In this document: one piece after another, positions 33,601 through 46,060 of the stretch
Numbering within the stretch: the first letter of the stretch is position 1
How the letters are laid out: each line of letters starts with the position of its first letter
NCBI GenBank assembly: GCA_973895155.1
Contig: OZ316897.1
Coordinates: 10,005,832-10,069,831 of the forward strand
Source of the DNA: Marsupella aquatica
Taxonomy: Eukaryota; Plantae; Marchantiophyta
Length of the DNA stretch: 64,000 nt
Reading direction: 5' to 3'
Made by a program: the position numbers and the translations under genes
Notes under the pieces: model-generated
Database searches by the model: none
The model's input: only the letters and a program-made list of their open reading frames with translations
Told to the model about the DNA's origin: nothing

Positions 33601-36549
33601 TGATTCCTAATCGATACAAACACTGAATAGTCTAGACACAAAATGGTACATGATCGTACATATAACACAGATGAGCAAAATGTGACAAGAAACCTACTGT
33701 AGATAGTCATCGTTGGAGATTTGTAGGTCTCTCAATTCTCAATACAATTTGACTATATTAGGTACAATTTGACTATATTAGGCAGATTGGAAAATACATT
33801 TCCAAGAATTAATAAGAACCACTTGTGACTCACTAACAGTGCTCTCCTAGCAAAATTCATGTCTGCTCAATACCTGCTCCACGTTTGCCACTCAAAAGCA
33901 ACTCCTAGTTTATCCCGCCTTCCCATCCCCAAAAAAGAGATTAATGGGTTTATGCCTTCCAAATGACACTGATGTGAGCAGAGGAAGTTAGAACCCACAG
34001 TTAGCAAAAAGGGGTCTAGCTATTTTGGGGATGCCATTTGGAGATACCCTCTTAAAGACCTATAATCTCCTCGGAAAACTAATATTTCACTATATGTAGT
34101 GATCGAAAATCTCCAAACCAAGTAAAAATCTCTAAATTGTTGGATGGATACCTATATAACTAATTGCAAATAGAAGCTAGAGTTGGGGTCTAGACTTCTA
34201 CACTGAAGCCTCTAAACCCTAACTCAGATAAAAACAAAACTATTAAGGATAAAACTGAAAGTGAACTGTCTCTGTTAATACCAAAAACAAAGATGAGGGC
34301 AGAAATTAAAAACAACATAGATTCTTTTGCAAAGTATTTCTTTGGGTCTTATCTCTATTTACCTTTCAAGGGACTGGTAAACAAATTAGTGCTCGAACAA
34401 AATGTTTGCAAATGAAGAATGCATAATCAGGCTACAATAGTGCTCTAACAAAATGTTTGCAAATAAGTAACGCAGCCCTTCCAGCGTGAAATAGTTCAAC
34501 TACAAAGTACTCAGACAGCAATAACTCACGCTCTACCCTTAGTTAAGTCTCGCACAATGAATTGCTCACGTACAGTGTCCTGGAGCCAACCGGTCTTATA
34601 AGCTTATAAGAGGACTTCCATTTAGCATTGCATTACGTGAGCCATCGGGGATCAGTTTATTCACTCTCATCGTTTTCCCATCAAGCAACAAAACTTAGCA
34701 GCCCCACAGCAACTCGTTCAAGGAATTGGCGGCTCTAGCTGGGAGAGGAGAGAGCTTGGTAGGCAACCTTCATAGCTTTTGTCCTCGGGCTTTTCTAGGA
34801 CTGCTCCAATCGTAGAAGGAGACTGCAGACTAGATTGTAAAGGAAGGGCACCCTTTTCACTAGTAGATCTTGCTTGCTGAAGCAGAACTCAGAGAATTCA
34901 ATCTAAGAAGAAGGCCGAACCTTTGGAAAGTAGCGAACGGGGTAGCGGCACGGGTTGGGTGTGATCAAGGGAACGACGCTCCATAGCTCGTTCCATAGTA
35001 GCACAACGCCAGCTGCATCAAACAGTGCATGCACTAAACTAAGCTGATAAACGTACCGACGTAGAGAAGATTCAATGGAGGAGTTTTCTGGTTTGAAAGA
35101 GACAATGGTTCAAGCGATTCTTTCATGACGTGCAGTGCCAATCGGATCTCGTCTTTCACTAAGAGGATTCTTCCTAAGCACCGGAGGAGCTGCTTTTGAA
35201 CGCCCGCACAATATAATTATGTCTTTCAAGGATCGAACAGATTGTCCAAACTCAATCCCTCGGCATGTTCTTGCCCCGATTCTTGCCTGGGAGTGCAAAC
35301 GAACGAGGCAACGGTAGGCTCGATCAGCTCCGACCTGGACTCTAGAATGAATCCTTCTCAATAGGAACATGAGCATGCAGGCTTATGGAGTGAATCAATG
35401 ACTCAATGCTTCCACGTGCACTGAAAATTTCCAGGGATCTGAGTCAAATTCCATTAAAATTATTGCAAAGAGGTGGGCTTGATTCCCGCGTCTGTCAACT
35501 ATTGTACTCTCCTTTACTGTACCTATCCAGTGTGTCTTTCTGTCCTTGCTGCCACTGTCTGTGAAGTGAGGCCCTCAAAATCCTTCATACACCGTCCGTA
35601 GTGCTCCGTCAAGTTAATGCCAAATGTCACAGTCCGAAGAGGTGTTCAGTGTAATTATATGTACTACACATATGAGGTGGATCTAGTGTCATGGATGTTC
35701 AAAGAGCGCAGTAGTGGAGATTGTCATTGAATTTGCAGTGGGCTGCAGGACAATGATTGGTTTTGGCAGCGCTCGGGCCAGTCAACATTGACAGACGGAC
35801 GATACAGATCAATGCAGAAAGAATGAGTAGATGTGGCTACATTAATTGAAATTGTAGTACGTCTTCGTCCGACTTTTCCCGTATTGCTGTCAAGGATTCT
35901 CAGTCTGAGGACCTCCCGGTTGTCAATGTCTTTGTTAGTTGGTGTGATTACTCAACCAACGAAACTACTTTTCAGCGTCTCCTGAAATTTCTGGTGCTCG
36001 TCAGCCGATGAAGATGCGTGCATGAGCCGAGAGTTGGACGGAGATAAACAGTTCTGGGTCGAAGTATGCACCAAATTGAGAAAGTATCAAGTTCTTCGTG
36101 GGAGTTCGCATCATAATGCTGTCTTGAGCACCGTACTTGAGCTCCCAATGCCTGTGAATTATTGAGTGACCTGCTGCTGTGTATGTCTCTCCCGTAATCC
36201 TACTTGCGCTGGAGTGGCTCTGTGGTTCTGAGAGACGGTTGTTTGAGTGTATAATTCCACCGGCAATCTTCACAACGAGTCAGAATCATGAGAATGTCGC
36301 ATCGTGAGATTGCAGCAATTCTCTACCCAGGAGTGGGCTTTCTGAGTATGTTTCTTTGATAATCTTCAAAACCGTATGAAGCTCTATAGGTTGAATTGGC
36401 AAAATATCTCATCGTACTTGAGCCTCAGCTCCTCCTCTAGTTTTTGGGTTCGATCGTTGAGATATCTGTCGTGTATAGTTCAAGAACATCAGAAGAAAGT
36501 GAAAAAGTTCCGAATGCTCGTTTAAACTGAAATAAGGACGGGGACGTAA

Positions 36550-39500
36550 ATGGCCCAGTCGGCATCCGCATTTCATGTTTCCATCGACCGTAAATTGAGC
36601 GACTCCATCAATTCTCCGACGGAAGAAAGCGGCAGAAGCACACTTGCGAACACTCCAACATGGGCTGTGGGCGTGGTGTGCATTATAATTGTCATTGCCT
36701 CATTTTTCCTGGAACGTTGCCTCAAAATTCTCGACCAGGTTGGTAACCTCTCACACATTCTATAATTGTTACGGCCGGACTAAAGCAGGTTGCCAATTCA
36801 AGCGAAACTTAATTTGATAATGCAGTTTGCTGCATGTGGTAGCTTTCTTCCGGAAGTTCTCGCTATGGAGATGATCTTCTGGCTAGTTTCATGACGCATT
36901 TGTTTGCACATTATGGAGACATCCATTCTCATGAATACTGAATGATCACATGATTGTGGGTTCCTTACAGTATTTCGAGAGGACCAAGCAAAAACCTCTG
37001 CAAGAGACTTTGCATCGGATGAAAGAAGGTCGGTCCGGCCCCCTCCCTCCCTTGCTCCTTGCCCGCATCCATATATCCTAGGATCAACGACAAAGGGCAA
37101 TTTTTTTTAAAAGCTAGAGCTCAATATATCATAAGGCTGGCCGCTGAATCGGCTAGCTACTGAACTTACCGCCTGGAACTCACTTGTGTCGTCCGCTGTA
37201 TCATACTCGAATGCAGATGTGATGATGCTCGGCTTCATTTCCTTAATGCTCGTCGTCTCGCGGGATTCCTTGGCTAAAATCTGCGTGGCGAACTTCTTGT
37301 CCGAGTACATGCTACCTTGTGAAGGAGCTCGAGGACTTACAGTTAATTCTGCTTCTGTTAGGGTGGCAAGGTGCAAAGAGGTGCGTCAATTGAGTCTGTG
37401 CTTCTTTACGAGTAGTCCTTTTCTCATGGTTCACAGAACCCGACATATGCACCGGTGTACTCATTCTGACTAAATCTCGGTCCACAATTCACTGATAAAT
37501 CTAGTTTAAACAGAGTCAATGGCACATTCAAGTGTTTTTAAGTCGATGAACAGAGTATACAATGGAGATCGAGTTTGACCTTCAAGGCCGTGCTAGCTAA
37601 GGAATTTTGGATTGATGCAGAACCAAATGCCTTTGATGTCAATAGAAAGTCTTCATCAACTTCATATGTTCATCTTCGTCATGGCCATTGTCCACGTTTG
37701 CTACTGCTGCATAACAATGATCTTGGCCCGGCTCCAGGTTTGTATCCTAAGTTTACCGTCATACTTGTTCCGTCCACACACGACTGCTTCGTTTTACCTT
37801 GCCTTTCCGTTCCCCTTGTAAGAGCAAGTACCAGCTCGATCCTCGTGAATCCTACCTTGTTTGACCTCATGTTCGATTCGATTCTATATCTGAAAGTTGA
37901 AAATATTTCCCCGGCGGTTCAACTGTGTATAACAGAACGTCGTAACGAAGATTTAAACTTTATCCGTGTCATGACGCATTGCAGTTAAGAGGTTGCAGAC
38001 ACTGGGAGGACGAGGTCAGAAACCTTGGTAAGCTTTGATGGACGGTGATCCTAGCTCCTATTGCACACCTTTGATTTTGCGTCGATTACTGCTTATCATT
38101 AGAGACATAGCTACGTTGTAGACATTCGAGCATGGCTGTGTGCGACAGCGAGAAGACAGTTTGGTCTGGAAGAAAGCAAATGATATACCTTTTGGGAGAT
38201 TAGCATCCATCAAACCACCTTTCGGTAAGACCAAACTTTCACCAGCAAAAGAACGGTGGATGACATAGTGCCATATGGTGAAAATGGTTGCAGCTCTTGC
38301 AGAGTCTCCGGAGGTGGATTATCAATCCCATTTTCTAGTAGACCGCTTCCATGGTAATCAATGTGTGTCCAAGCTTGGTCTCACCTGGATTGTAAGTCCT
38401 TCTATCTAACCTGTTCTGCCATTGACCTTTCTAAGTTGATGCACCCCACTGATCATGAGATTTCAATATATGCACTACAGTCCTGAACTTCTCAATTAGG
38501 AGGGTGGCTAAAACTTTCCCCCCAAAACTGAAAATTTCCTGCTGAATGTGCAAAATATGCAGGATAGCTTTTTCCGCCAGTTTTGGCACCCAGTGAAAAA
38601 GTCGGACTATTTGAACCTTCGACGTGGCTTCATAAAGGTTTGGTCCGAAATATTCATCACATTTTGAGATGAAACAAGAGAGACTAAAAACATTCTCTAA
38701 AAATTTGTCTGTGGAAGTTCGCCCAATATACGAAAAATTCTGTCCGACTTGTCAGTCGATCAAATAGCTATTTACTGGACTCAAGGTCTTCCGTATAATG
38801 CCTCTGATGTTTCATGCTTGAATGTTGAATTTCCCTCAAATGAATTCTTGTTGTATAACTTTGGTTGAAGGTGTGAAATGTACCCGAGCCAAGCCTCACA
38901 TGCTGACTTCTGCGCTGTAAATTTGCAGGTTCATCACACTAGTCCCAAATTTAACTTCCTAAATTACATGATGCGGACAATGGAGGATGACTTCAAGATA
39001 ATAGTTGCAATTAGGTTGGTACCTCAGTATGCTATGAACACTTGGACAATATCCAGAGCTCGCTCTTCACAGATTTCGTAATGAAGGGCAATAGTGATCT
39101 CAACATATTAAATACCTCTCCTATAAGGACTAATAGTTTGTTTTTCTTTCTTGAACAGAGCACATCTATGGATGTTCGTGATCATTTTCATGCTGCTCAA
39201 CATTCACGGTAATGGTTTTCGTCTCCTTATCTCTTGGATTATATTACAATTCGTAGCCTGTTAAGAAGTGCCAACGTTCACATTGTTACTAATCCTAGGC
39301 CTCAAAAACTTCAGAAGCTACTGTTCATTGTCTGGCTTATAAGCACAAGGTCCATGGTGCAGGAGGCTGCGGCAGTGATAGAATTTTGTTATTAGATGAA
39401 TCATGAGATGAATGACCTATGGATCTTGAGATTATGCTTAGTTTGTAAGGCTGTTCCCAAGACAATCAAGTGAATTTGAGAATACTGGAATTCTTTCCTG

Positions 39501-41473
39501 TAGCTTAAATTTCTCCGTTACTGCAGGTTGGTAAAGGAACTTCTAAGTGAGCTTCTGATCCTGGGAGGTGAATGGCTTTTTGCAGGTTGGTACACTTATT
39601 TCTGGATAGCGTTCATACCTTTCACGGTAATTTATATACCTAATTGTTGTTCGTCTGACATCTTTGTACTAAGACGCTCCCTTACGTTGGTGTTGAATGA
39701 CTTGGGGAGAAATCCCCTGAAACGATTGAAGCCACTCAACCGATTGTTCCTTTCCATGGTCACACAGCATTAGCAAAATGCGGATAACGTTGTTGGCTAA
39801 GACAACCCTCCACTGTGCAGCTACTACTCATCGTTGGGACCAAGCTGCAACATATTATCACATCAATGGCATTGGAGATTGTTCGGAGTTGTGGGAAGAC
39901 GGAGGGATCCGTCAAACCACGGGATGAGCTTTTCTGGTTCAACAACCCAGAGCTGTTGCTTCACATCATTCACTTCATCCTGTTCCAGGTGAGCAGAGTG
40001 GTGCACTTAGCAAAGACTCTTGATCGATTCTATATTGTTGATTATGTGGAATAGCGCATGGTAGAAATCAGAGAGAGAACTTCGCCATCCTAGCGTCTGC
40101 TTCGTAATTGACAAACCTACGCACTTCTTCTGTCTCCAGAATTCGTTTGAGCTGGCATACTTCGTCTGGATCTGGGTAAGTACCCGAACTTCCCTACATG
40201 TTGAATCTTCATGGCAAGGAGAAAAATTGACCAGAAGCGTTAGTCAGTGGTAATTAAATACACGGAGTCTTTCAAAGGGGGGATCTCGTCTATGATTAGG
40301 TAACTTGGAAGTGCATCAGTTGAGAGTTTGCTTGTATTGAGTCTCTTCTGGATTTGGTTAAGCCACAATTGTGAATGTCACAAAACTTACTGACTTCGAA
40401 TTTCGTTTAAATCACTGCAGTCAACTTATGGTTTAAGCTCATGTTTCATGGAGAAACGAGGGTTTGTCTACGCTCGTGTTTCCCTAGGGTATGATTCTTG
40501 GGCTCATCTCTCCGGGAAAATGTCCCGTGGTCCTTCATAGAATGCATACTGATATTAAAGTTGTCATTTGAACTTTTAGAGTACTGATCATTTTTGTATT
40601 AGTCATTCATATTTTCTTGTGTTTTGTTTTGCTTTTGTTTATTTTGCTTTTAGTAGTTGTCGCTCAGCAATCAGATTCGTAGCATCTCAAACAATGGTGA
40701 ACTTTTTTGATTGCAGATTCATTTCCCAAATCTTGTGCAGCTACACTACATTGCCTCTTTATGCACTCGTTACACAAGTATGGGTTCTCTTATCATTTAT
40801 GTTTATCGACTTTAGCACTGGAGCGGGTCCACCTCTGTGTCTTGTGAGGTTGCCAAGAGAAACGTTAGTTCCAGGCATTTTTATACTGTCCTTGTAATTC
40901 CACAAAGAACTAACTTTAACTTGGCTGTCTATCGTTGAATGGCAGATGGGGTCTTCGTATAAGAAAGCCATCTTCTCTGCTCCATTAGCCAAATCCCTCA
41001 AAGATTGGCATGAGAGAGTAAAGCGCAAAAGTAACCAACCCCAAGAGGATAATGAAGATTCTCCAGAAGAAAGTCTTGAAAGACCTGATACTGCTTCGAA
41101 CAAGGATGTTGGCCTCCTGCACCAGAAAGATTCTTCAGGCTGGTTCCATACTTCTGCAGCTTCCAAGGCCCTGCTTTCTGCAGACACGGATATCGGTCTA
41201 CCGGCACAGAAATATTCGTCAGACTCGTCTATAGTCACAGAAGAATCCACATGCAAAGACCGTCCCAAAGCTCAGGAAGCGCAATTGCTATCAACTTTGA
41301 ATCCGGCGTCAGGACCAGAGTTTGCAGCGGAGGTCGAAAAAACGATGCGAACATCATTGGGTCAACCTAATGCTGACGCCGTCGGAGAGTTTGTGTCAAT
41401 CGTCATACACTCACCAGTGTGTGAACAGGACAACACCACACTCGATCAATTTAAGAATGATGCCGCGAAGTAG
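36550..41473 (+). CDS. MLO: MLO-family seven-transmembrane protein, ~15 exons (e.g. 36550-36738, 36971-37028, 37217-37380, 37621-37737, 39821-39988, 40946-41473)
   Basis: Motifs TLANTPTWAV, MMLGFISLML, ESLHQLHMFIFVMAIVHV, DYLNLRRGFI, FNFLNYMMRTMEDDFK, LIVGTKLQHII, PRDELFWFNNP, HFILFQNSFE, CSYTTLPLYALVTQMGS, and the CaM-binding region AIF...LKDW. Some internal exon edges are approximate. Confidence 0.95.
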
Positions 41474-43433
41474 CATGAAATTCGATTATTAAACCACAAG
41501 CTAGTTATAACTGGGCTATTCAATTATTCAGACTTCGAATCGAGGAAGGCGTGTTATTCAGCAGCCGGAATTGGATCTGAGAGGGTTACAAAACAGAATT
41601 CAAGTCTCAGGAGCAGCCACATTTTCTGCATCGTCCATATTAATGTTTTTGGATGCAGACTTGGTAAGTGAAGCCACAGTTACTTTTATGCTGAGGTAAT
41701 GCTAAAGGCCGACAGTTTTGGAGTTGTGGAACCGAGATTTAAAGTCCAACCACCCAGCGAGTTTTGAGTTGACCGAGTCTTGACCTGGCTGGGAGCACAT
41801 AGGTTTCTATCAGGTTGCCTCTACAATGGGCCAGTGGATTACTCAGAAGATGTGTCGTGTCAAATTTTGGAGGAACCGACTCCTTAGTCCCAGACCTTAT
41901 GTCCAAATGCGCCTGGGCTTGATTGGAACTCTCAAAAGTGACAGGGATTTACTCATGAAAGCGGAAGGTCGGGCAAGCGCATTCCATTGAGATTATTTTA
42001 ATGGAGTTCGGACATCAATGTTTACCCACTGCTTCCTTGTGCCATCCTTGCACAGTAAGAGGACCATGCCATTTGTGGCTCTTGTATGAACACACCAGAA
42101 AGGTCTCTTGATCTGCAACCACTGTAGTCCACAGGCTTTGGTCTTTTCGGCATGCTCCGCATATCTCTGAGAGGAAAGCGAAGGAACTGTCTGGATGCAG
42201 ACCAGGCCTTCATCAGGGAAACCCTCATCCAGATTGATTTACCGTCACATTGAGAAGATTTTGTACTAATAGAGGTTATAATACACGGTTTAGAATTGCG
42301 GTTGGTCAAGTTTGCAGAATGTAAATTTATCTTAAAAGAGGTTTGAGTGTGGTTTAGCGCTGCAGTTGGTCAAGTTGCAGAATGTAAGCTTATATTGAAA
42401 AGTTCTAGCCTCCAGTAATGGTCCTATAAGTGAGGCTTCTGCGTACATCGCTATTGCAATATTGCAATCTTACAACACGAAGGAAGAAGTCCGCTCTCAT
42501 CGACGTTTTGATGATGCCCTAGTTAACTTCTGAGGTCTCTCATGAAAATTCTTCATTCAGACTACTTTGGCAGCATTCTGTCATCGTAGTACCTCAACTG
42601 CACTACACGCTTGAAACTTATGGTTGTGTTAATATCTTGTTTTGAGTGAAAAGCTTGGGAGTCTCTCTTTACTTGGCTGATAACGTAACTCCGTCTAACA
42701 GGCTGGTGATGGATATTTTGTCGCATCAGGATGAATGTCTGAGTTCCAAAAGTTCAATCAACAACTGCTTCTTTGCATAGGCAGGAGTGGTGGCATTTAT
42801 ATCCATCCATTTATTCTTCCTCTATAATAAAGTGGCCAATTCGTTTGTAGGATGGTTAAAGATTTTCTTGGTCCAGAAAAGTGGAGTTTATCCACTGGGG
42901 GCAGATTCTGCTCATGCGCTGCGCATATTTCAATCAGTAGCTGTTGTGCGAACAAGTTTACCAGGAATATGACGGACTGATTCCAGTGTTCCCATCGTTA
43001 CTTCCATCACATCTGATTTCGAAGAAACGTGTGGACGCCCGCATTATATTCTCCAGCACACTTCAGCAGTGGGATGCAGAACCATCTTCCAGCATTCAAA
43101 TTCAATATGGATTCCAAGCAGATCATAATTTTCGGAACCTTGAGAGGTAGCAATCTTAAATTTATAATAATGCAGCGAATATCTCGGTCGCCACTTACTA
43201 CCGAGTAGCAGATACCCAGTAGCAGGTACCCAGTAGCAGATACCCAGTAGCAGATAGGAAGCTTGGCTTAATGCAACCCGTGCATTAAACACACCTCCTG
43301 CCAAGAATGATCGTATGAAACGCCATCGGCAACATCAATATCAATTGGACAGCCTGAAATAGTCATCAACGCGAGTCCTTCACGTCTCACAATCCAAAAA
43401 TGTAATAGTGCAGTGGATGCTCCTTGTCAGTAA

Positions 43434-45113
43434 TTAGTAACAGCAGTCACATTCGTACCAGCTGCTCATCACATTACGCATACGTGAGCTGACCTTATCC
43501 TCCTCAGACTTCGCATCACTAATCTGCACCAATTTCATCCTTGGCTTTGTTTGTTCTTCTCGATCTGCCCCATTCCCAACCCGAGAAAGTCTGCCTCTAC
43601 TATTGATATTGTCGTCATTTCTTTCATATTTGGCACGGGTATTGGTGCCTTCTTCTCCGGCTTCCCTTCTCCTAGATGGTACAGATAGATTTCTTGACGT
43701 CCTATCTTCTTCTCGGGCTTCCCATTGTCTAGGTGATGCAAATGGATTCCTTGACTGTCTGTCTTCTCCTCTAGTTTGCCCTTTTCTAGGTGATGCAAAT
43801 CGATTCTTTGACACTCTATCTCCTTCTCCGGCTTCCCCTTGTCTAAAGGGTGCAAATGGATTCCTCGACTGTCTGTCTTCTCCTCTGGACTGCCTTGTTC
43901 TAGGTGACGCAAATGGATTCTTTGACACTCCATCTCCTTCTCCGGCTTGCCCTTGTCTAGATGATGCAAATGGATTCCTCGACAGTCTGTCTTCTCCCCT
44001 GGAATGCCCTGTTCTAGGTGATGCAAATGCATTCTTCAACCCTATATCTCCTTCTCCGGCATCCCTAAGTCTAGTTGAAGCAAATGGGTTCCACGATATA
44101 TGCTCTTCTTCCTCTACAACAAAAGGGGACCTCCAACCAGACCCTGACTGGAAACGAGGCCCTTTTCCTCCTCCTCTACGACCTCCCGGTTGCCTGGAAT
44201 AGGCATTTGGATTGCTTGAGTACCTCTCTTGTTCCTCTTCTGGCATGGAATGCGAAATTCGACCAGACTCAGGCTGGCGGCGAGGCCATCCATCGCCTTT
44301 TCTGGAATCCATTGATCTGGAGGATGAGGCATAAGACCCCTTAGATACTCTCTCTTCCCTCTCGCCTACTGTGAGGGCTGATCGCCCAAATCCTGATTGA
44401 AAACGAGGCCTTTCACCTATACGTCTGGCTTCCTCAAGTCCGGGTGCTACATAGGGTTTCCTTAGGTCTACCTGATCTTTCTCCATGAGAGAGAGAGATA
44501 TGCGGCCGGTTGATTCCTCCACGTTGACGATGGTCACCATCACCTCTTGTTCCAATTCCACTAGGTCACCCACATTCTTCACATAACCAGTGCCTAGTTT
44601 AGATATGTGGATGAGTCCATCTGCAAATGCTCCGAAACTCACAAACGCCCCGAACGGCTGGACTGCTGACACAATGCCCCTGAAAACTGCTCCTTTTCTC
44701 AAGGCCTCGATGGGAACGGTAACATCTCGGTTCCCACCTTGCGGGAAGCCAGGAAATCGCCGCCAGAACCTCCCATCACTCCGATGTGGTGCTGCCCTAC
44801 GACCAGCAGCTCCACCCCTATAGCCAACAGGGTCATGAGGAACAAAACCCTCCTCCGAAAACTCTCGTCCATCTGCAACAAACTCTGCTGATAAACCCTT
44901 TCTAGCGAAAATCCCTTCCCCAGCTTCTGCTTCCTGCACCTGCCCAGACGATCGACCTCGAGGGTTTGGCCATACTCTCAAGCTGACGCTTCTAGCATTG
45001 TTCAGATTCCATCTTTGTGAGCTGAAGGAGGAACAACCGGACTGAGGAGTTGTTGTTCCAGCAGGTGAATTGGGCAAAGCCAAACGCGAAATCCCAAGAC
45101 AGAGAGACATCAT
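43434..45113 (-). CDS. Putative plastid S1 RNA-binding protein (PSRP-7/PETs-like S1 domain) with a repetitive NPF tail, 559 aa
   Basis: Transit-peptide-like N-terminus; S1 domain GAVFRGIVSAVQPFGAFVSFGAFADGLIHISKL...RISLSL; C-terminal 19/20-aa repeats. Confidence 0.8.
   Translation of the reverse strand: MMSLCLGISRLALPNSPAGTTTPQSGCSSFSSQRWNLNNARSVSLRVWPNPRGRSSGQVQEAEAGEGIFARKGLSAEFVADGREFSEEGFVPHDPVGYRGGAAGRRAAPHRSDGRFWRRFPGFPQGGNRDVTVPIEALRKGAVFRGIVSAVQPFGAFVSFGAFADGLIHISKLGTGYVKNVGDLVELEQEVMVTIVNVEESTGRISLSLMEKDQVDLRKPYVAPGLEEARRIGERPRFQSGFGRSALTVGEREERVSKGSYASSSRSMDSRKGDGWPRRQPESGRISHSMPEEEQERYSSNPNAYSRQPGGRRGGGKGPRFQSGSGWRSPFVVEEEEHISWNPFASTRLRDAGEGDIGLKNAFASPRTGHSRGEDRLSRNPFASSRQGQAGEGDGVSKNPFASPRTRQSRGEDRQSRNPFAPFRQGEAGEGDRVSKNRFASPRKGQTRGEDRQSRNPFASPRQWEAREEDRTSRNLSVPSRRREAGEEGTNTRAKYERNDDNINSRGRLSRVGNGADREEQTKPRMKLVQISDAKSEEDKVSSRMRNVMSSWYECDCCY
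43640..44100 (-). repeat. Coding tandem repeat, 117-bp (39-aa) unit made of two related halves
   Basis: Recurrent gatgcaaatggattc spaced 57/60 bp apart. The peptide S(R/K)NPFAS.R.G...E.D occurs as eight half-units. Confidence 0.9.
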
Positions 45114-45249
45114 TCAGGTAGAGAGCAGGATTGGCTGATTTCTGAGGTCTTCCAGTTTCTGTTCTCACTGATAGAACTTGAAGATCTACTGAAGCCACCC
45201 AGCCAGGAAACCACACAAGATTTCCACTTGCTTCATGTTGAGTGCAAGA

Positions 45250-45345
45250 CTGTCTAGTCTGGAAGGTGTCGTAAGAGTCTTATCCTTTGCCTATTCGCAT
45301 GACTGTCTAGTCTAAAAGGTGTCGTAAGAGTCTTATCCTTTGCCG
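45250..45345. repeat. ~53-bp direct duplication upstream of the S1 gene
   Basis: ctgtctagtct..aaggtgtcgtaagagtcttatcctttgcc occurs twice. Confidence 0.8.
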
Positions 45346-45887
45346 AGCTAGTGAATACTGAAGTTGCTTGCATTCGCGAATCTGGTGACGACTGAAGCTT
45401 TGTTACTCCCGTGCCTTTAGTACCTGAAGCGATTTTTAAGTTGTCTTGTGACTCCTCTGTCCATACCAAGGGAGTCTTGGTTACATACTTCTCAAGAGTT
45501 TCTTTGTACTCATGATTATTTCAAAAAATTTACATTTCAATAAAAACTTCAAATATTTTACCAAAAGACACTAAGATATCAATCAGAACCCATCCAAAAG
45601 TTTTTTAAACCTTTTTTTTCTCTTTTCTTTGTTTATTTGAAATGTTGCATTCTAATTTTCCATCTTTTTGTCAGTTATATTCTTTTACCTTTTTTTATTT
45701 ACTTTCATTGTTTATTTAAAATGTTACATTTTAGTTTTCTATTGTTTATGTAGTTACAGGATCTAATTGTTTTTTCATGTTTTGTTCCTTTTGTATTTGT
45801 TTATGATCAAAATAAAAAATAATCATGCTTGGTTCTTCTTGTATTTGTTTATGATCAATAGTGTAGGGTTAATATAATTACACCTGC

Positions 45888-46060
45888 TTCCAAGCATTTT
45901 GGAAGAAAGTTCCCACGAGGGTCCACAAATAAAGCTCCATCGTGATTCCAAGTATTTTGGAATAAAGTTCCCATGAGGGTCCACAAATAAAGCTCCATCA
46001 TGATTCCAAGGATTTTTGGACGAAAGTTCCCATGAGGGTCCACAAATAAAGCCCCATCAA
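45888..46060. repeat. ~58-bp tandem repeat x3
   Basis: ttccaag.attttggaa.aaagttccca.gagggtccacaaataaagc.ccatc occurs three times. Confidence 0.85.

Noticed and set aside
43535-44202. Alternative-frame and antisense ORFs (165 aa, 199 aa) over the S1 gene
   Set aside because: By-products of an in-frame 117-bp coding repeat.
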